Source of the DNA: Podarcis filfolensis
Lineage: Eukaryota
Direction: 5' to 3' (one strand)
Length of the DNA stretch: 64,000 bases
NCBI GenBank assembly: GCA_964270895.1
Contig: OZ185437.1
The first letter of the stretch is position 1. Each line of letters starts with the position of its first letter. Shown here piece by piece: positions 32,373 through 44,899 of the stretch. A program made the translations under genes and the position numbers. Below the pieces are notes generated by a model, which was given only the letters and a program-made list of their open reading frames with translations, did not search any database and was not told the origin of the DNA.

Positions 32373-33949
32373 CATGCCTAACATTAAGCAACGTGTCTTG
32401 TGAGCCCAATGGCTTACTCTAAATAAAATCATCACAGTATGAATTAATGGATATGTAAAGCTAAACAGCAATATTAAGTTATTTTGTGGATGCCCTTTAG
32501 GTGCCCTTTGGAAGATGACTGGTTGTAAATGTCCTCTGGTTTAAAAATAAAAGACCATGAAGAATTACACACCAGTATAATAATTAAACCAAATTACATT
32601 ATAACAATTCCAAGGTATCAATTATGTTCCTTTAAATAAAAGTTAAATCTTTATTGCTCACAAATGGCTTTCTGAATATGCATTCATGATTACTCTATTC
32701 TTTTTCTCCCCCCCTTTTTTTTAAAAAAAAGGGGAGTTGCTGACAGTAAGGATGGTTATTTGAGATATTCAGCCTCCAGATGCATCCTGGTCATATATTG
32801 GAGGTCTAAATGAGAATCCTCTAATTGTTAGATCATTCTTGAGATGTGAAATGTAACAGGGTTAATGCACCATTGCAATGTGACGGATGATAAAACATTT
32901 ATAATCTCTTATAAATCACTGATTCACCCCCCTTTTCTTTCGTACTGCAATCTTCCGCTCTCTTCTGCACTTTCTTGCCATAAGTGCCATCTCGTGCTGT
33001 TCGCAGAAAGTTCAGAAACTGAGAGTGATGATTTGCTCTGCTGAGCTGGAAATAACACCACCCCAAAAATTATAGTCAAAGATCATTAAAATGGAGCGTG
33101 TGAAAAATGTTTTTATTCTTTCGCCACTTTGTTCAAGGAAGTTCAAATAAAGTTTATATAGAAAGTGGTAAAAACAGGGTTTGTTTCCCCCTTCCCCCCC
33201 CAACTTGGACACTCTTAGTGTCCAAAGTCATTTAGTCCAGCTGTCCACTCACACTTCTCAAGGCAGCCATAGGAGCTATCTCAGAACTAGAACCTGCAAG
33301 GATATATGTTAATTGTGATGCATGGGTGCAGAAATTATGAATGGGGATATATGGATATTCTGTTTTCCTTATTACAATTGCTATTATTACCAGAAGGAAA
33401 AGAGAAACACCTCGTGTGAATTTGCAGCCTATTTGTAGTATTGTAGGATTGGATCCAGAGCTCTTGCCCACTTGTGGAAAATGCTCCAACTTATGTAATT
33501 GGGAGGGGGAAATGATTCCAGTGGATTATCCCCGCAGTCCCTGATAAAGCTGTATGATGTGTGTGGGAGTCCACAGGGAAATCAGGGAATCTGCAAAAAA
33601 AAAAATAACCTCTCCAGTTTACAGATGGGAGCCTCCACTGAATCCAAGCCCCTTTCTCAAAGAGGAGGAGCTTAGCTGTTCATGGAAGGTCTGTATGGAC
33701 CCCAGTCCTCTGAGCCAGATGTGACAAAAATCATGTCACCCAATCATCTACCACAAGACAAGACTCAGAGATGTTCTCCAGTCTGCCAAGTAGGTTCTGG
33801 GATGGATTCTTTGGAGTGATTGAAAAGGTACGCAGCTTACCTGTCAATGTTAAATGCCCACACTGTGCATAAGGAATCTTATAAACAGATACATTTAAAA
33901 TATCAGTTAGAGCCCTTAAAAATAGAAATAAAGCAGCAGCCATCATCAA

Positions 33950-34156
33950 TAAAAAGCAGATGAGCAACAAAACAGTAAAAAAGTAATAAATAGCATAACA
34001 TCAGCTATAGAAAAACAAAACATAACAAAACAAAAGGAACTTAATTGCCACTAAAAGCCTGAGTGAACAGACAGACTTCACCTGGCACCTAAAAGATAAG
34101 AAAAAAGGCCAGACAAATGTATCTAGGGTGAGAGTTCTGTAAATCAGGTGCTGATA
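33950..34156 (-). mobile_element. Old L2 3' end fragment
   Basis: aaaagcctgagtgaacagacagacttcacctggcacc reads on the minus strand as the QVKSVxFTQAF-type L2 ORF end. Confidence 0.5.
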
Positions 34157-34246
34157 GGTTTTGTTCCTTAAAATTGTACGATACCTTGGAATGTTACTTC
34201 CTGTTTGACTCTCAGTTCAGTACAGTGAAGCTTAGCATGGCTGACA

Positions 34247-34610
34247 GATCTTCCATGTGTCCCTATCTACCAGGGACTTCCCTTATTTAGAGAAACCATC
34301 CCGGATTCTGATTGGATCCTGGAATGTCCCATTTTTCCTTAGGGTGTCCCTATTTTCATTGGAGAAATGTTGGAGGTTATGGAGTTATCCAACCCCCAAG
34401 CTGTCTGAAGGCAATCCTGTATAGGGAAGGTGGTTTTTTGTTTGTTTGTTTGTTTCTTAAAAGTTTAATCTTTTATTATGTTTTTATATATGGTGGAAGC
34501 TGCCCAGAGTGGCTAAGGCAACCCAACAAGATGTGTGGGGTATAAATAGTAAAATTATCATTATGGAATGGGATGTCCCTATTTTCACTGGAGAAATGTT
34601 GGACGGTATG
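34247..34610. mobile_element. Composite hAT (Blackjack-like) MITE with duplicated right end and a captured L2 tail
   Basis: gtccctattttcaytggagaaatgttgga occurs at 34346-34381 and 34575-34610; L2 tail gaagctgcccagagtggct...gggtataaata lies between them; 8-bp TSD ggctgaca / ggctgatg at 34239-34246 and 34611-34618. Confidence 0.72.
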
Positions 34611-35965
34611 GGCTGATGGACTTGTGTAAATTAAGGCTACAAACACAACAGGCACCATCACAGAAAAAGTCCTGTACTCTGGCAGTCATCTGCCTAACTT
34701 CAGAAGGTGGGACACACAAAGTACCTTTCATGTTATCTCCAGTATCAGGGAGGTTCATGTAGCAGATGGCATTATCTGGACAGAAGAGACTCTAAAACAA
34801 AACCCAACAATTTTGCAACCAGAAAAAGGACACAAAATGGCTGAAACAGTTCCATCCCTTCATATATAAACCACCCATTGTTTTAACTAATGCTCATTGA
34901 TCAGTAATCTATTTCCAACTGCAAATATTTATAAGTCCTAAGTCCTAAGAATTTCAGAGCAACATAAAATTTCAAAGAATAAAAATACAAGTGGAGGTAG
35001 CAAAATATTATGAAACGCAAATACATTTGCAGCATAAAAGAGAAAAAAGCCAAAAAGGCCCTTTCCCCAACCACCACTGGCCTCACTTCAGAAGGCAAGG
35101 GGACTTGGAGAAGGGCATTAGAACTAAGACAGGTTCATGATGGTGTGCATTGACAGTGTGTACCCCAAATAAAAATGTGACTTGTGGTGCTTCAGAGTAG
35201 TCTTCCATGTTAACAAATCAGATTGCACTGTTACAAGTGTGTCGAGGCAGAACAGAGAGTACCCAATCTTCCAGAAAGTACCAGACCTTGGGATTAGACC
35301 AATAGCGAGTGCTGTTCTTTCAAGATTTGACAGCAATAGTAATCTATGTGAAAATTTTGTAGCTGAAGTTCCCAACTACTGACAAAGCTAATCCTGTTTT
35401 TTTTAAAAAAAGAACTCGATACTTCTTGGCAAGGGAATATATGTTCTAAAATTCGCTTTCTGCACTTCACATTTACACTTATCCATTCTGGCGCTGATAT
35501 GTAACCACCCTTTGCTAATCTGCATAACAACCTGTTTCCACACTGTGTGGTCTCAGCAACCATTGGGGCCCCGTGAATCATGCATGGTATCAGAACAATC
35601 AAACACAGAGTTTTCTCCCATTCAGAAGATGTCCTCATGAACTCACAATTAGAGATCAGGAATGTTTCTAGTCCGCAGAAAAGATTACTGTGGGCATCAT
35701 TAATTCCTCTACCAACCTATGCAGGTAGCAGGTGTGAATTGGTAGTGTAAGCACAGACTGTGCAGTCTTGGGGGGATGTTATGCTAGGTGTATGTTCTAT
35801 GGTGGTGGTAGGGAAAATCTTTCTCCAAGAGGCTCCATTTGCTTCCTGCTGTATACTGCACGTCTTAGTGAGAAGTGTAGGTGATGCCATCTGGACCTTC
35901 TTTTACTTGGCTACATTCACCTGCTTAATATTGGTATATACTACAAAGCTGTCACTAGTACTATG

Positions 35966-35967
<2 letters not shown>

Positions 35968-36007
<40 letters not shown>
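35968..36007. repeat. (AC)n microsatellite
   Basis: Directly visible. Confidence 0.98.
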
Positions 36008-36011
<4 letters not shown>

Positions 36012-37074
36012 TTCAGAACTGATGGGAAAGGAAATTTCAACTCCTTGGATAGCTCACTGGTCTCACCGAGAGACAACAAATCAGGGGCAGGCAACCTGCA
36101 GCCCTCTGACAAATTTAATGTGGGCCTTATCCTAATTTCATGTTTGTGGAAAGGGGGTATAAATGGGGGAAAGGGAGTGGCAAAAGGAAAGCAGGGAGAA
36201 AGGAGTTGAGGGGGGTGGGGAAGAGATTAGCCCCATTCACTTTTCACTCTGCTCCTCTCCTCCATGTAGGTTCTGGTCCTGCCTGCTGTTCACTCCAGTC
36301 CTGCTCACCACTAGTACGCAGCCTCTGATTACCCCTGAGGGAATGTGATCCTGAAAACAGAGCCGGCTCTGTAATCAAGCAGAGTGAAGCAGGTGCCTCG
36401 GGCAGCAAATATTGAAGGACAGCAGGTGGCAGAAGCTCTGTCTGTGTGTGCTGTGCAACTTGTCCTGCATCCACTAAATGAGATAGGTTGACATGAAGGC
36501 ATAAAAGTATCCTTTAGATTTTCCATGCAATATCAGGATCGGTCTATGTCCATTTTTTAATAATTGCTGCTGCCATATTGCTTGAGGTAATGGTAAATCA
36601 GTCCAACAACTATGTTTTTGGCTGATTTTTTTTCTAGGATACTGTTTCTTCATTAATTTCAAACGTTTATCAGAGAAGATCTAGCCTTGTCTATCCAACA
36701 TGTGCCTTCCTTATAGCCAGGCTAGTAACACCCCTCTTTGCATTTCATTCCCAGCAGATGAAATCAATGTGTCACAGAGGGTCAAAATGTCTGGAAAAGA
36801 TAAGAAAGTGGAAGAGAAACAGATGTCTAGATGTCAGCTGGGCTGGGTGTACTCAAGGGAAAAAAGTATAATATTATAATGAATAGGAAGCTGTTTGGAT
36901 TCAGTATGATACAACTACAAATAAAAAGCTTATATTCTCTCTTTGTTAGCCTCACTCAGCTACTGCAAAGCAATTCGGTTTACTGCTTTAGTAGACCAAT
37001 CTATCTCTTAAAATCTAGGTGGCAAAAGACATGTGAGTTGATATTACAATTTGTATATACTAAAAATGCCCTTT

Positions 37075-37195
37075 ATGGTGCCCTCCAGATGCTGTTGGAC
37101 TCCAACTCCTGTCATCCTCAGGCAGCACTGCTAATGGTCAGGGATTATGGGAACTGAAGTACAACATCTGCAGGGCACCACGTTGGTGAGACCTG
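37075..37195. mobile_element. Palindromic hAT (Charlie-like) MITE, decayed
   Basis: gtgccctccagatgctgttggactccaactcc ... acaacatctgcagggcaccac foldback. Confidence 0.65.
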
Positions 37196-38295
37196 CTGTA
37201 GCTCTGCAGCAGATCTGCTGTAGATCTGCTGTATCCATATTGAATGGTGAATCAGCCTAAGGACACCATATTGGCTACCCCTGATATTATACCATGGTGT
37301 GTGCCATGGCACAGGACCAAGGGAGAATGGGTGGCTATCCTGCTCTTGTATGAGCAGAAATTCCACTTGTACAAGAGGCATTTTGGATCCCAGCTATTGC
37401 CGGTCTATTTTAGCCAGATTGATGTTTCAGATTTATTGGGTAGCTCAAACTGGATGTGCAGCACTTCCTTCCTGTGCCTAATGCTCAGGTCATGTATTTC
37501 TCACTGATGTCCCTGGAAGTTAAACATGCATAACTGGGTGCACCTTTGCAGTTTTAAATTATAAATCTAAATGCATAATTGATTCACCCATCACTGGAGC
37601 ATCTTAACACCTATCACAAAACTGACAGTAATAATATTCTTCTAAAATTATTGTCATTCCTTTAGTGGTGTGTCCAGGGGCAAGAGCACATGAAGATAAT
37701 TGAAATAAAGAAGAATAAGTTTTGAAAAGTTTAACCTAGCTCCAAAACTTCATTTTTTCTTAAAAAAAAAAAAGAGCAGTAACTTTTCTTTTCCTGACAC
37801 ACTTAAAAGCCTTCTTGAGGCATGCTTCTCCATGGCTTGAACAGTGGCTGTATGAAAGCAATACACTTCAGCCATTTAACATTCTAAGTGAAACAATCAA
37901 GTTGAATGACATTCAGATTTTCACTCATAAAATGTATTAACTAATGAAAAATAGGCATTGCTCAACAATATTGCTGTCACATTTTAGATACAGGTTTAAA
38001 ACAACTGTGACCTCACACACTTTAGATGCAATTAAATATGAGCCTGGACAAATCTGCACTAAGTGAAGTGTCTGAAGTCTATCAAGGAACTGTAGAAGAG
38101 CTACATTAGCAGACATAGACAGAAATAAAAAAAGACAAAAAGCAGGCAGATTTATTTTATTTATTCATTTAACCAATTTATTATCCAGTGTTCAATCTAC
38201 AGTATTTTCCCATGGTGGGTTACAGAATCTAGAACAATATAAAATATGGAGCAACACAATCACAATTAAAAATTCTTCTTTTCCATTTCATTATA

Positions 38296-38541
38296 CAGTG
38301 GTGCCTCGAGTTAAGTACTGTACTTAATTCGTTCTGGAGGTACGTTCTTAACCTGAAACTGTTCTTAACCTGAAGACCACTTTAGCTAATGGGGCCTTCT
38401 GCTGCTGCCGTGCCACCAGAGCACGATTTCTGTTCTCATCCTGAAGCAAAGTTCTTAACCCGAGGTACTATTTCTGGGTTAGTGGAGTCTGTAACATGAA
38501 GCGTATGTAACCTGAAGCGTATGTAACCCAAGGTACCACTG
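38296..38541 (+). mobile_element. Tigger/pogo-type MITE
   Basis: TIR cagtggtgcctcg / caaggtaccactg; TA flanks at 38294-38295 and 38542-38543; subterminal repeats gttcttaacctga and gaagcgtatgtaacc. Confidence 0.85.
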
Positions 38542-39429
38542 TATAATTTATAAGAGTATTTATAAACTGCCAAATCACAAGCTATTGAAGTGGTATACAA
38601 TAATATTCATTAAAACACCATGTATTTGATATTGTTATAATCTTATACCGGTACTTGTAAAATCAAATAAGAATTATTATTTTTTTAAAAAAACCAAAAC
38701 ACCATAAATGCATAAAATCTGAAAATTAAGAAATCATAAGATGAAACTAAATACAAGCACTGAAACCAAAGTAATTCTCTAAAGACTCTCAGCATAACCA
38801 ATATGTTTCAGCAGGTGACAAAACATGAAGATTGTAGGTACTGTACCTACCTTCATGTTTCCCTACAGAAAAATTGCCTAAGTGCATATTAACAAGAGTA
38901 TCTATTCAAGCATATCAAGAGACACACAGAGGCATTGATAAGCAGAATATATGACTGCCTCACATCATTGATGACTGGACCTCAGTAAATATATAGGAGC
39001 CCCACCTCATCTCTCACCTTGGTAGTACAGGCCTGGTGTCCAATAACTTCCTTCCAACCATCAACAGCCAGTATAGTTTTGTCCAACTTGGAATCAAAAA
39101 CAAAGACTCAAGGGATCAGTGTCCCCACTACTGTGTAACCTGTCTGGAGGCAGCACATCACATTTGGGTGGTAGCACAGGCAGACTTGGGTAATATTTCA
39201 TAACATGGCACCCTGTGTGAGGCCAAAATTTGGCGACTCCAAATGGATCTTCTCAATTTCACACCCCCTCAGCTCGGCATCCTGTGCTGGGCAAACTGCC
39301 CACACCACCCTAAAACTGGAACTAGTGGAAGCCTGCCACAGTATGCCTTTTGAGTTGTTTCAAGTGAGGGAGTCTCCCACTAGGCCAGTCCCTGTCTCTG
39401 ACGGAACTGTATAAAAAATATGTGTCATG

Positions 39430-39650
39430 TGGAGAATGTGGGTAAAGAAATGTTTTTGTCCGTGCCTCATAATGCTAGAACTCAGGGACATCCAATGAAG
39501 CTCAGTGTCACAACATCCTGGATTAGACAAGTTAATGGAGGATGATGCTCTCAATGGCTACTAACCCTGATGGTTATGCTCTACCTCCATTGTTGGTATT
39601 CAGGTACCGCTGAATACCAGTTTCTTGAAGCCACATTAGAGGTGGGGAGC
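39430..39650 (+). mobile_element. CR1 ORF end and 3' UTR fragment
   Basis: ENVGKEMFLSVPHNARTQGHPMKL followed by gattagacaagttaatggaggat...tcaatggctacta. Confidence 0.7.
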
Positions 39651-39689
39651 TCAAAACTGACAAATCAGCTTGAACTGATGAAGGCCACT

Positions 39690-39850
39690 CCTAGCCAGTG
39701 CCATCACCTCTGCCTCCACAGAGACTGTTGTGTTTAGGAAGGCTCCCATGCTGGTCTTTTAGAAGGAGTGCAACGCCATCCAGAACCAGTTGGCTCCTCA
39801 ATCCACAATAAGAGATCTTTCTACTCACAGTCCCTTTTTTGTTGCCTGGA
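39690..39850 (-). mobile_element. Decayed L2 RT fragment
   Basis: Minus-strand translation LVLDGVALLLKDQ..SL resembles the L2 segment VQLVPAPSVKSLGV at 31113-32203. Confidence 0.55.
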
Positions 39851-40565
39851 TTATGTTTCAGTTTATTCACCTCCATTCATTTCAAAACAGCCTCCAGACA
39901 TCTGTTCAAGAGTTCTAACAGCTTCACTGGGATTGGTAGATAGAAATGTGTGATTAGATTGTATGTCATCCACATGCTGATAACGCAGCAACCGAAACCT
40001 TAGGATGACTTCCCCCTGATGGTTACATTCAGATAGATACTGAACAGCATGATAGCTAGGGAATTCCTAACAGGTAAAGAGATTCCAAGTACCTGATTCC
40101 TTTTATTTATTCAAAACCGTATTAAGAAATGTTTGTTTACTTAACAACACTCTTTTCCATTAATCAAAGAGGTTATTCATCCATGGTGACATGTAAGCCA
40201 AAAGCAGTATTCATAAAACACTGTGTAGGCTGGTGACAACTGGAAGTGGGTAAGCAAAGCTGACATGTGGAGGTAGGTGTACAGTCAATTTATAGTTCTG
40301 GGGAAACAAGCTCATGCTGTATCTGATTATAGGCAATGTCTTCTGTTAGCTCAGCAGCAGAATTCTACTTGTAAAATAAAGGCACACTGCAGGCATCCTC
40401 TTAAATATCTTGTTGCTTATTTCAGTTCAATATATGAAGCTCAGTCTTGCTCGCCTGTTTACCCTACATCCATGTCATGTGCACCCTTCCCCCCCTGCTC
40501 ATTCTCTCTCCCATGTTTATTTCCACTTATTTCTCATAAGAAGGTTGGAATAGCCCTGCTTCATT

Positions 40566-40790
40566 AGTGCTATTTTTCTAGAAAAAGAAGTGCCATAACT
40601 AAGGTCCGAGCACAAGAGCACTCTTCCCTCCTGTGGTTTCCAGCAACTGGAATTCACAAGCATTGATGCATCTAGCTGTGGAGACAGAGTATGGCCATCA
40701 GTAGCTTTTTTCTCTATGCCTTTGGCAAGTCCTCTTTGAAAGCCATTCAAATTGGTGGCGATCACAGCCTCCTGTAGGAGCAAATTTCTC
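40566..40790 (-). mobile_element. hAT-like MITE left end (40566-40596) abutting a CR1 3' end fragment (~40608-40790, minus strand)
   Basis: tagtgctatttttctagaaaaagaagtgcc, then cctctttgaaagccattcaaattggtggcgatcacagcctcctgt, the reverse complement of the CR1 ORF end. Confidence 0.65.
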
Positions 40791-41714
40791 CTATGTGTCT
40801 GTATCCAAGTACAGTGAGATGTGGTTGCAAGGAACATGTGGATGCAAGGAACATATCTGCATATTTCAGGAAAAAAACATATTTAAAAAGCTATGAATTG
40901 AGGTAAATATATGGGTTGCATCCAGTCATCACTTTACATTGATGGAAAGCACTTCTGATTAAATTATAACAAGCACATTTCAAGCCAGTGAGGAACTGAG
41001 CTTAAAGGAAGAAAAAGAAATGGGTGGAAGGAGAGACTCAGGTAAAAGGAGCAGGAACAGTCCATTCTTCATTGTTTATATTTAATTTACCACACAGGGA
41101 GCATTCTGAAATTACTGCATTGATATGGCCTCTGTGAAACTCTGAGAGAATCTCATCATTTGAATGAATGGCTATATTTGTTTTAATGAAAATATGCCAA
41201 GCTAAACTGGTAGGTGGCCTTTATCTGCTTTCTTTTATTCTGTTGGAATGACTCATGGAGCATCATTGCATATGGTGCCTACACAGAGCACACAGCATAT
41301 ATTTAAAAAATTAAATACAGTCTAAAAGCAACAATTAAGATTGTGTATATAACAAGCGAAGCTGTCCCACTTCCCTTTGAATTTTATCTCCCGCTATGAC
41401 AAAAATTGCCATGACCCTAATCATTGACTATTTTACTCTCTAATTAAAGTTCTGCATTCAGGAAACTTTAAGAAAACACTGCCACTGCGTGAGAAGAAGG
41501 AGACTGACCCATTTTATAAAACTGGCAAGAATATTCTAAAAGAGGCTGGCGCAGCTTGTGGCCCAATAACCAAACACAGCCCACTAGCCGAGGTTTGTGG
41601 CTAGCTTACCATTTGTGCTTGTCAAATGCATTGTTTTTGCAGTTCCAGGTATGCAGAAATAACTGGAGGTTTATGAAGACCCTGGTGGGCGGCTGTCAGG
41701 ACCAGGACCCACAG

Positions 41715-41875
41715 CATATAAGCTCCTGCTGGATCAGCCCAAAGGCCCATCTAGTCCAGCATGCTGTTCCCACTGAAGCCAACCAGATGTCTGTAGAAAA
41801 CCAGTGTACAAGAGCACTGCCTGCACTCATGAACCCTAGCAACTGGTATTCAGGGCATGCTGCCTACAACAATTG
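41715..41875 (-). mobile_element. CR1 3' UTR fragment
   Basis: ctgctggatcagcccaaaggcccatctagtccagcatgctgttcccactgaagccaaccagatg. Confidence 0.7.
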
Positions 41876-42352
41876 AGAATGAGGATAGCCTTACATCCTG
41901 GCCTTATTGTGCTCTGATAATTGCTGATGGCCTCTTTGTCCTCTGCTCATTTGGGGGTCTACTAGCACCAATGGGAAGGCTGGTGCTGATAGGGACAAAA
42001 GGCACATAAGAAAGTTGCCCTCTATTCTCTCTCATGCCCCAACCCATAGAACATGAGTCATTGCCTCACAGCCCCCTGTCTCATTCCAGAGGCTGCTGGG
42101 AGGATTTCCCATGTCTCAGTGGGAGGGACAGCCCATTGCAAAACTGGAGCACATCTCTCCTGTTTCTCTTGTTCAAGCACAGTGCAGCGCTGCTAGCAGG
42201 ACTACAATGTATGTAAGTGGTCATGCTCCATTCCCTGTGGCACCATTCTCACCCTGCCTTCCATCTCCTCAAATCTTCCTTAGTAACCCCACCACAGGTG
42301 GTGGGTACAAAAGGCTAGGCTTCCCTCCCCTCCCCTTTTTGGAGCAGGAACC

Positions 42353-42412
42353 AATAATAATAATAATAATAAAATTTTATTTATATCCCGCCCTCCCCAG
42401 CCAAAGCCGGGC
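42353..42412 (-). mobile_element. L2 3' tail with (AAT)n
   Basis: tttatttatatcccgccctccccagccaaagccgggc is nearly the reverse complement of the L2 tail at about 32150-32190. Confidence 0.8.
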
Positions 42413-42475
42413 CCAAGAAATTAGCTACACTTTGATGGCTACTAGAGAGAATAGTTGGCCACTAAGCCCAGCCCA

Positions 42476-44011
42476 GGTAGTGTGGTTGCTGACCTTGAGC
42501 CAGACATCCTGGAGAGTGAAGTCAAATGGGCCTTAGAAAGCACTGCTAATAACAAGGCCAGTGGAAGTGATGATATTCCAGCTGAACTATTTAAAATTTT
42601 AAACGATGATGCTGTCAAGGTGCTACACTCAATATGCCAGCAAATTTGGAAAACTCAGCAGTGGCCAGAGGATTGAAGAAGATCAGTCTACATCCCAATC
42701 CCAAAGAAGGGCAGTGCCAAAGAATGCTCCAACTACCGCACAATTGCACTCATTTCACACGCTAGCAAGGTTATGCTTAAAATTCTACAAGGCAGGCTTA
42801 AGCAGTATGTGGACCAAGAACTCCCAGAAGTGCAAGCTGGATTTCGAAGGGGCAGAGGAACCAGAGACCAAATTGCAAACATGCGCTGGATTATGGAGAA
42901 AGCTAGAGAGTTCCAGAAAGACATCTACTTCTGCTTCATTGACTATGCAAAAGCCTTTGACTGTGTCGACCACAGCAAACTATGGCAAGTCCTTAAAGAA
43001 ATGGGAGTGCCTGATCACCTCATCTGTCTCCTGAGAAATCTCTATGTGGGACAAGAAGCTACAGTTAGAACTGGATATGGAACAACTGATTGGTTCAAAA
43101 TTGGGAAAGGAGTACGGCAAGGCTGTATATTGTCTCCCTGCTTATTTAACTTATATGCAGAATTCATCATGCGAAAGGCTGGGCTGGATGAATCCCAAGC
43201 CGGAATTAAGATCGCCGGAAGAAATATCAACAACCTCAGATATGCAGATGACACAACCTTGATGGCAGAAAGTGAGGAGGAATTAAAGAACCTTTTAATG
43301 AGGGTGAAAGAGGAGAGTGCAAAATATGGTCTGAAGCTCAACATCAAAAAAACGAAGATCATGGCCACTGGTCCCATCACCTCCTGACAAATAGAAGGGG
43401 AAGAAATGGAGGCAGTGAGAGATTTTACTTTTTTGGGCTCCATGATCACTGCAGATGGTGACAGCAGTCACGAAATTAAAAGACGCCTGCTCCTTGGGAG
43501 AAAGCCGATGGCAAACCTAGACAGCATCTTAAAAAGCAGAGACATCACCTTGCCAACAAAGGTCCGTATAGTTAAAGCCATGGTTTTCCCAGTAGTGATG
43601 TATGGAAGTGAGAGCTGGACCATCAAGAAGGCTGATCGCCGACGAATTGATGCTTTTGAATTATGGTGCTGGAGGAGACTCTTGAGAGTCCCATGGACTG
43701 CAAGAAGAGCAAACGTATCCATTCTTAAGGAAATCAGCCCTGAGTGCTCACTGGAAGGACAGATCGTGAAGTTGAGGCTCCAATACTTTGGCCACCTCAT
43801 GAGAAGAGAAGACTCCCTGGAAAAGACCCTGATGCTGGGAAAGATGGAGGGCGCAAGGAGAAGGGGACGACAGAGGACGAGATGGTTGGACAGTGTTCTC
43901 GAAGCTACCAGCATGAGCCTGACCAAACTGCGGGAGGCAGTGGAAGACAGGAGTGCCTGGCGTGCTCTGGTCCATGGGGTCACGAAGAGTCGGACACGAC
44001 TAAACGACTAA
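42476..44011 (+). pseudogene. Bov-B reverse-transcriptase ORF remnant (no endonuclease domain, two nonsense codons)
   Basis: ORF-track segments 42455-42676, 42773-43387 and 43406-44011 are in the same frame, separated only by TGA at 42674-42676 and 43385-43387. Confidence 0.9.
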
Positions 44012-44022
44012 ACAACAACAAC
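42476..44022 (+). mobile_element. Bov-B (RTE-clade) LINE, 5'-truncated, young
   Basis: RT motifs QAGFRRGRGTRDQI, CFIDYAKAFDCVDH, GVRQGCILSPCLFNLY and NNLRYADDTTL; 3' end ggggtcacgaagagtcggacacgactaaacgactaaa(caa)n; 12-bp TSD aagcccagccca at 42464-42475 and 44023-44034. Confidence 0.97.
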
Positions 44023-44789
44023 AAGCCCAGCCCAAATGTGAGTACCCTTTATTATAAGAATAACTTTATGTGGTTCCCTAAAATTAAATCCACCTGGCTT
44101 TATATCCAGTTATCTGTATGCTTCTTCTGGGCATCCATCAGGTACACCATCATGGAGGGGGTGGGGGGCTTCCCCCCAAAAAAAATCAAGGAAGGGGCAG
44201 GACCCCCTCAAAATTCCCTGGTGCTTATGCAGGTATGCTGTGGGTTGTGCTGATGCCACTCACACGCACCGCAGGACGTACTGACATTGCACAGCCCGGC
44301 CCCCTAAATTGTGGGGGCAAGGTGGCACGCTTGGCTTCCATGCATATCTCTCAGGTCCATCCCTCCCTTTTCAGAGAACAGCTTTTTGGATTTGTGTCTC
44401 TGTGGGTCAGTGCAAGTATAGCCTCCATTTACATTTCCTCTCACCATGTTCTTGTTCCTTCCTTATTATTGTTGCTACAGTGCTCCCACTTCCAGCACTG
44501 TATGTTGTAGAATGTTTCCAGTTTGTCATATTGCAGGTTCAATTCCTGCCTCCACCAAGCTCTATGTCAACAGAAGAATGACACTGGTCTGTTGTATTGG
44601 CGGTCCTGCCAGATTCAGTCTCCACCTCTAACCAACACCCTCACGTGACTTCAGCTGCAAACATAATTTTAATGCATGAGTGGTGAAAGGACTGGAAAAG
44701 GAACAGAGTGTTAAGGACGAAGTGAGGACTTTCAATATGCTAATGTAGGTCGGCAGGTAGGTCCACACATGCATGTTTAATGTTTGACA

Positions 44790-44858
44790 TTTTTTATGTT
44801 TTTATATGTGTTGGAAGCCACCCTAAGTGGCTGGGGCAACCCAAGCAGATGGGTGGGC

Positions 44859-44899
<41 letters not shown>

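Noticed and set aside
36140-36230. G-rich tract as a possible G-quadruplex
   Set aside because: Loops between G-runs are too long or irregular for a canonical motif; probably a decayed hAT interior.
42674-43387. APOBEC-type editing as the cause of the two Bov-B TGG-to-TGA stops
   Set aside because: The two sites have different dinucleotide contexts (GA and GC), and two events are too few.
43042-44253. Antisense and alternative-frame ORFs of 135-171 aa over Bov-B
   Set aside because: Shadow ORFs of the RT coding sequence.
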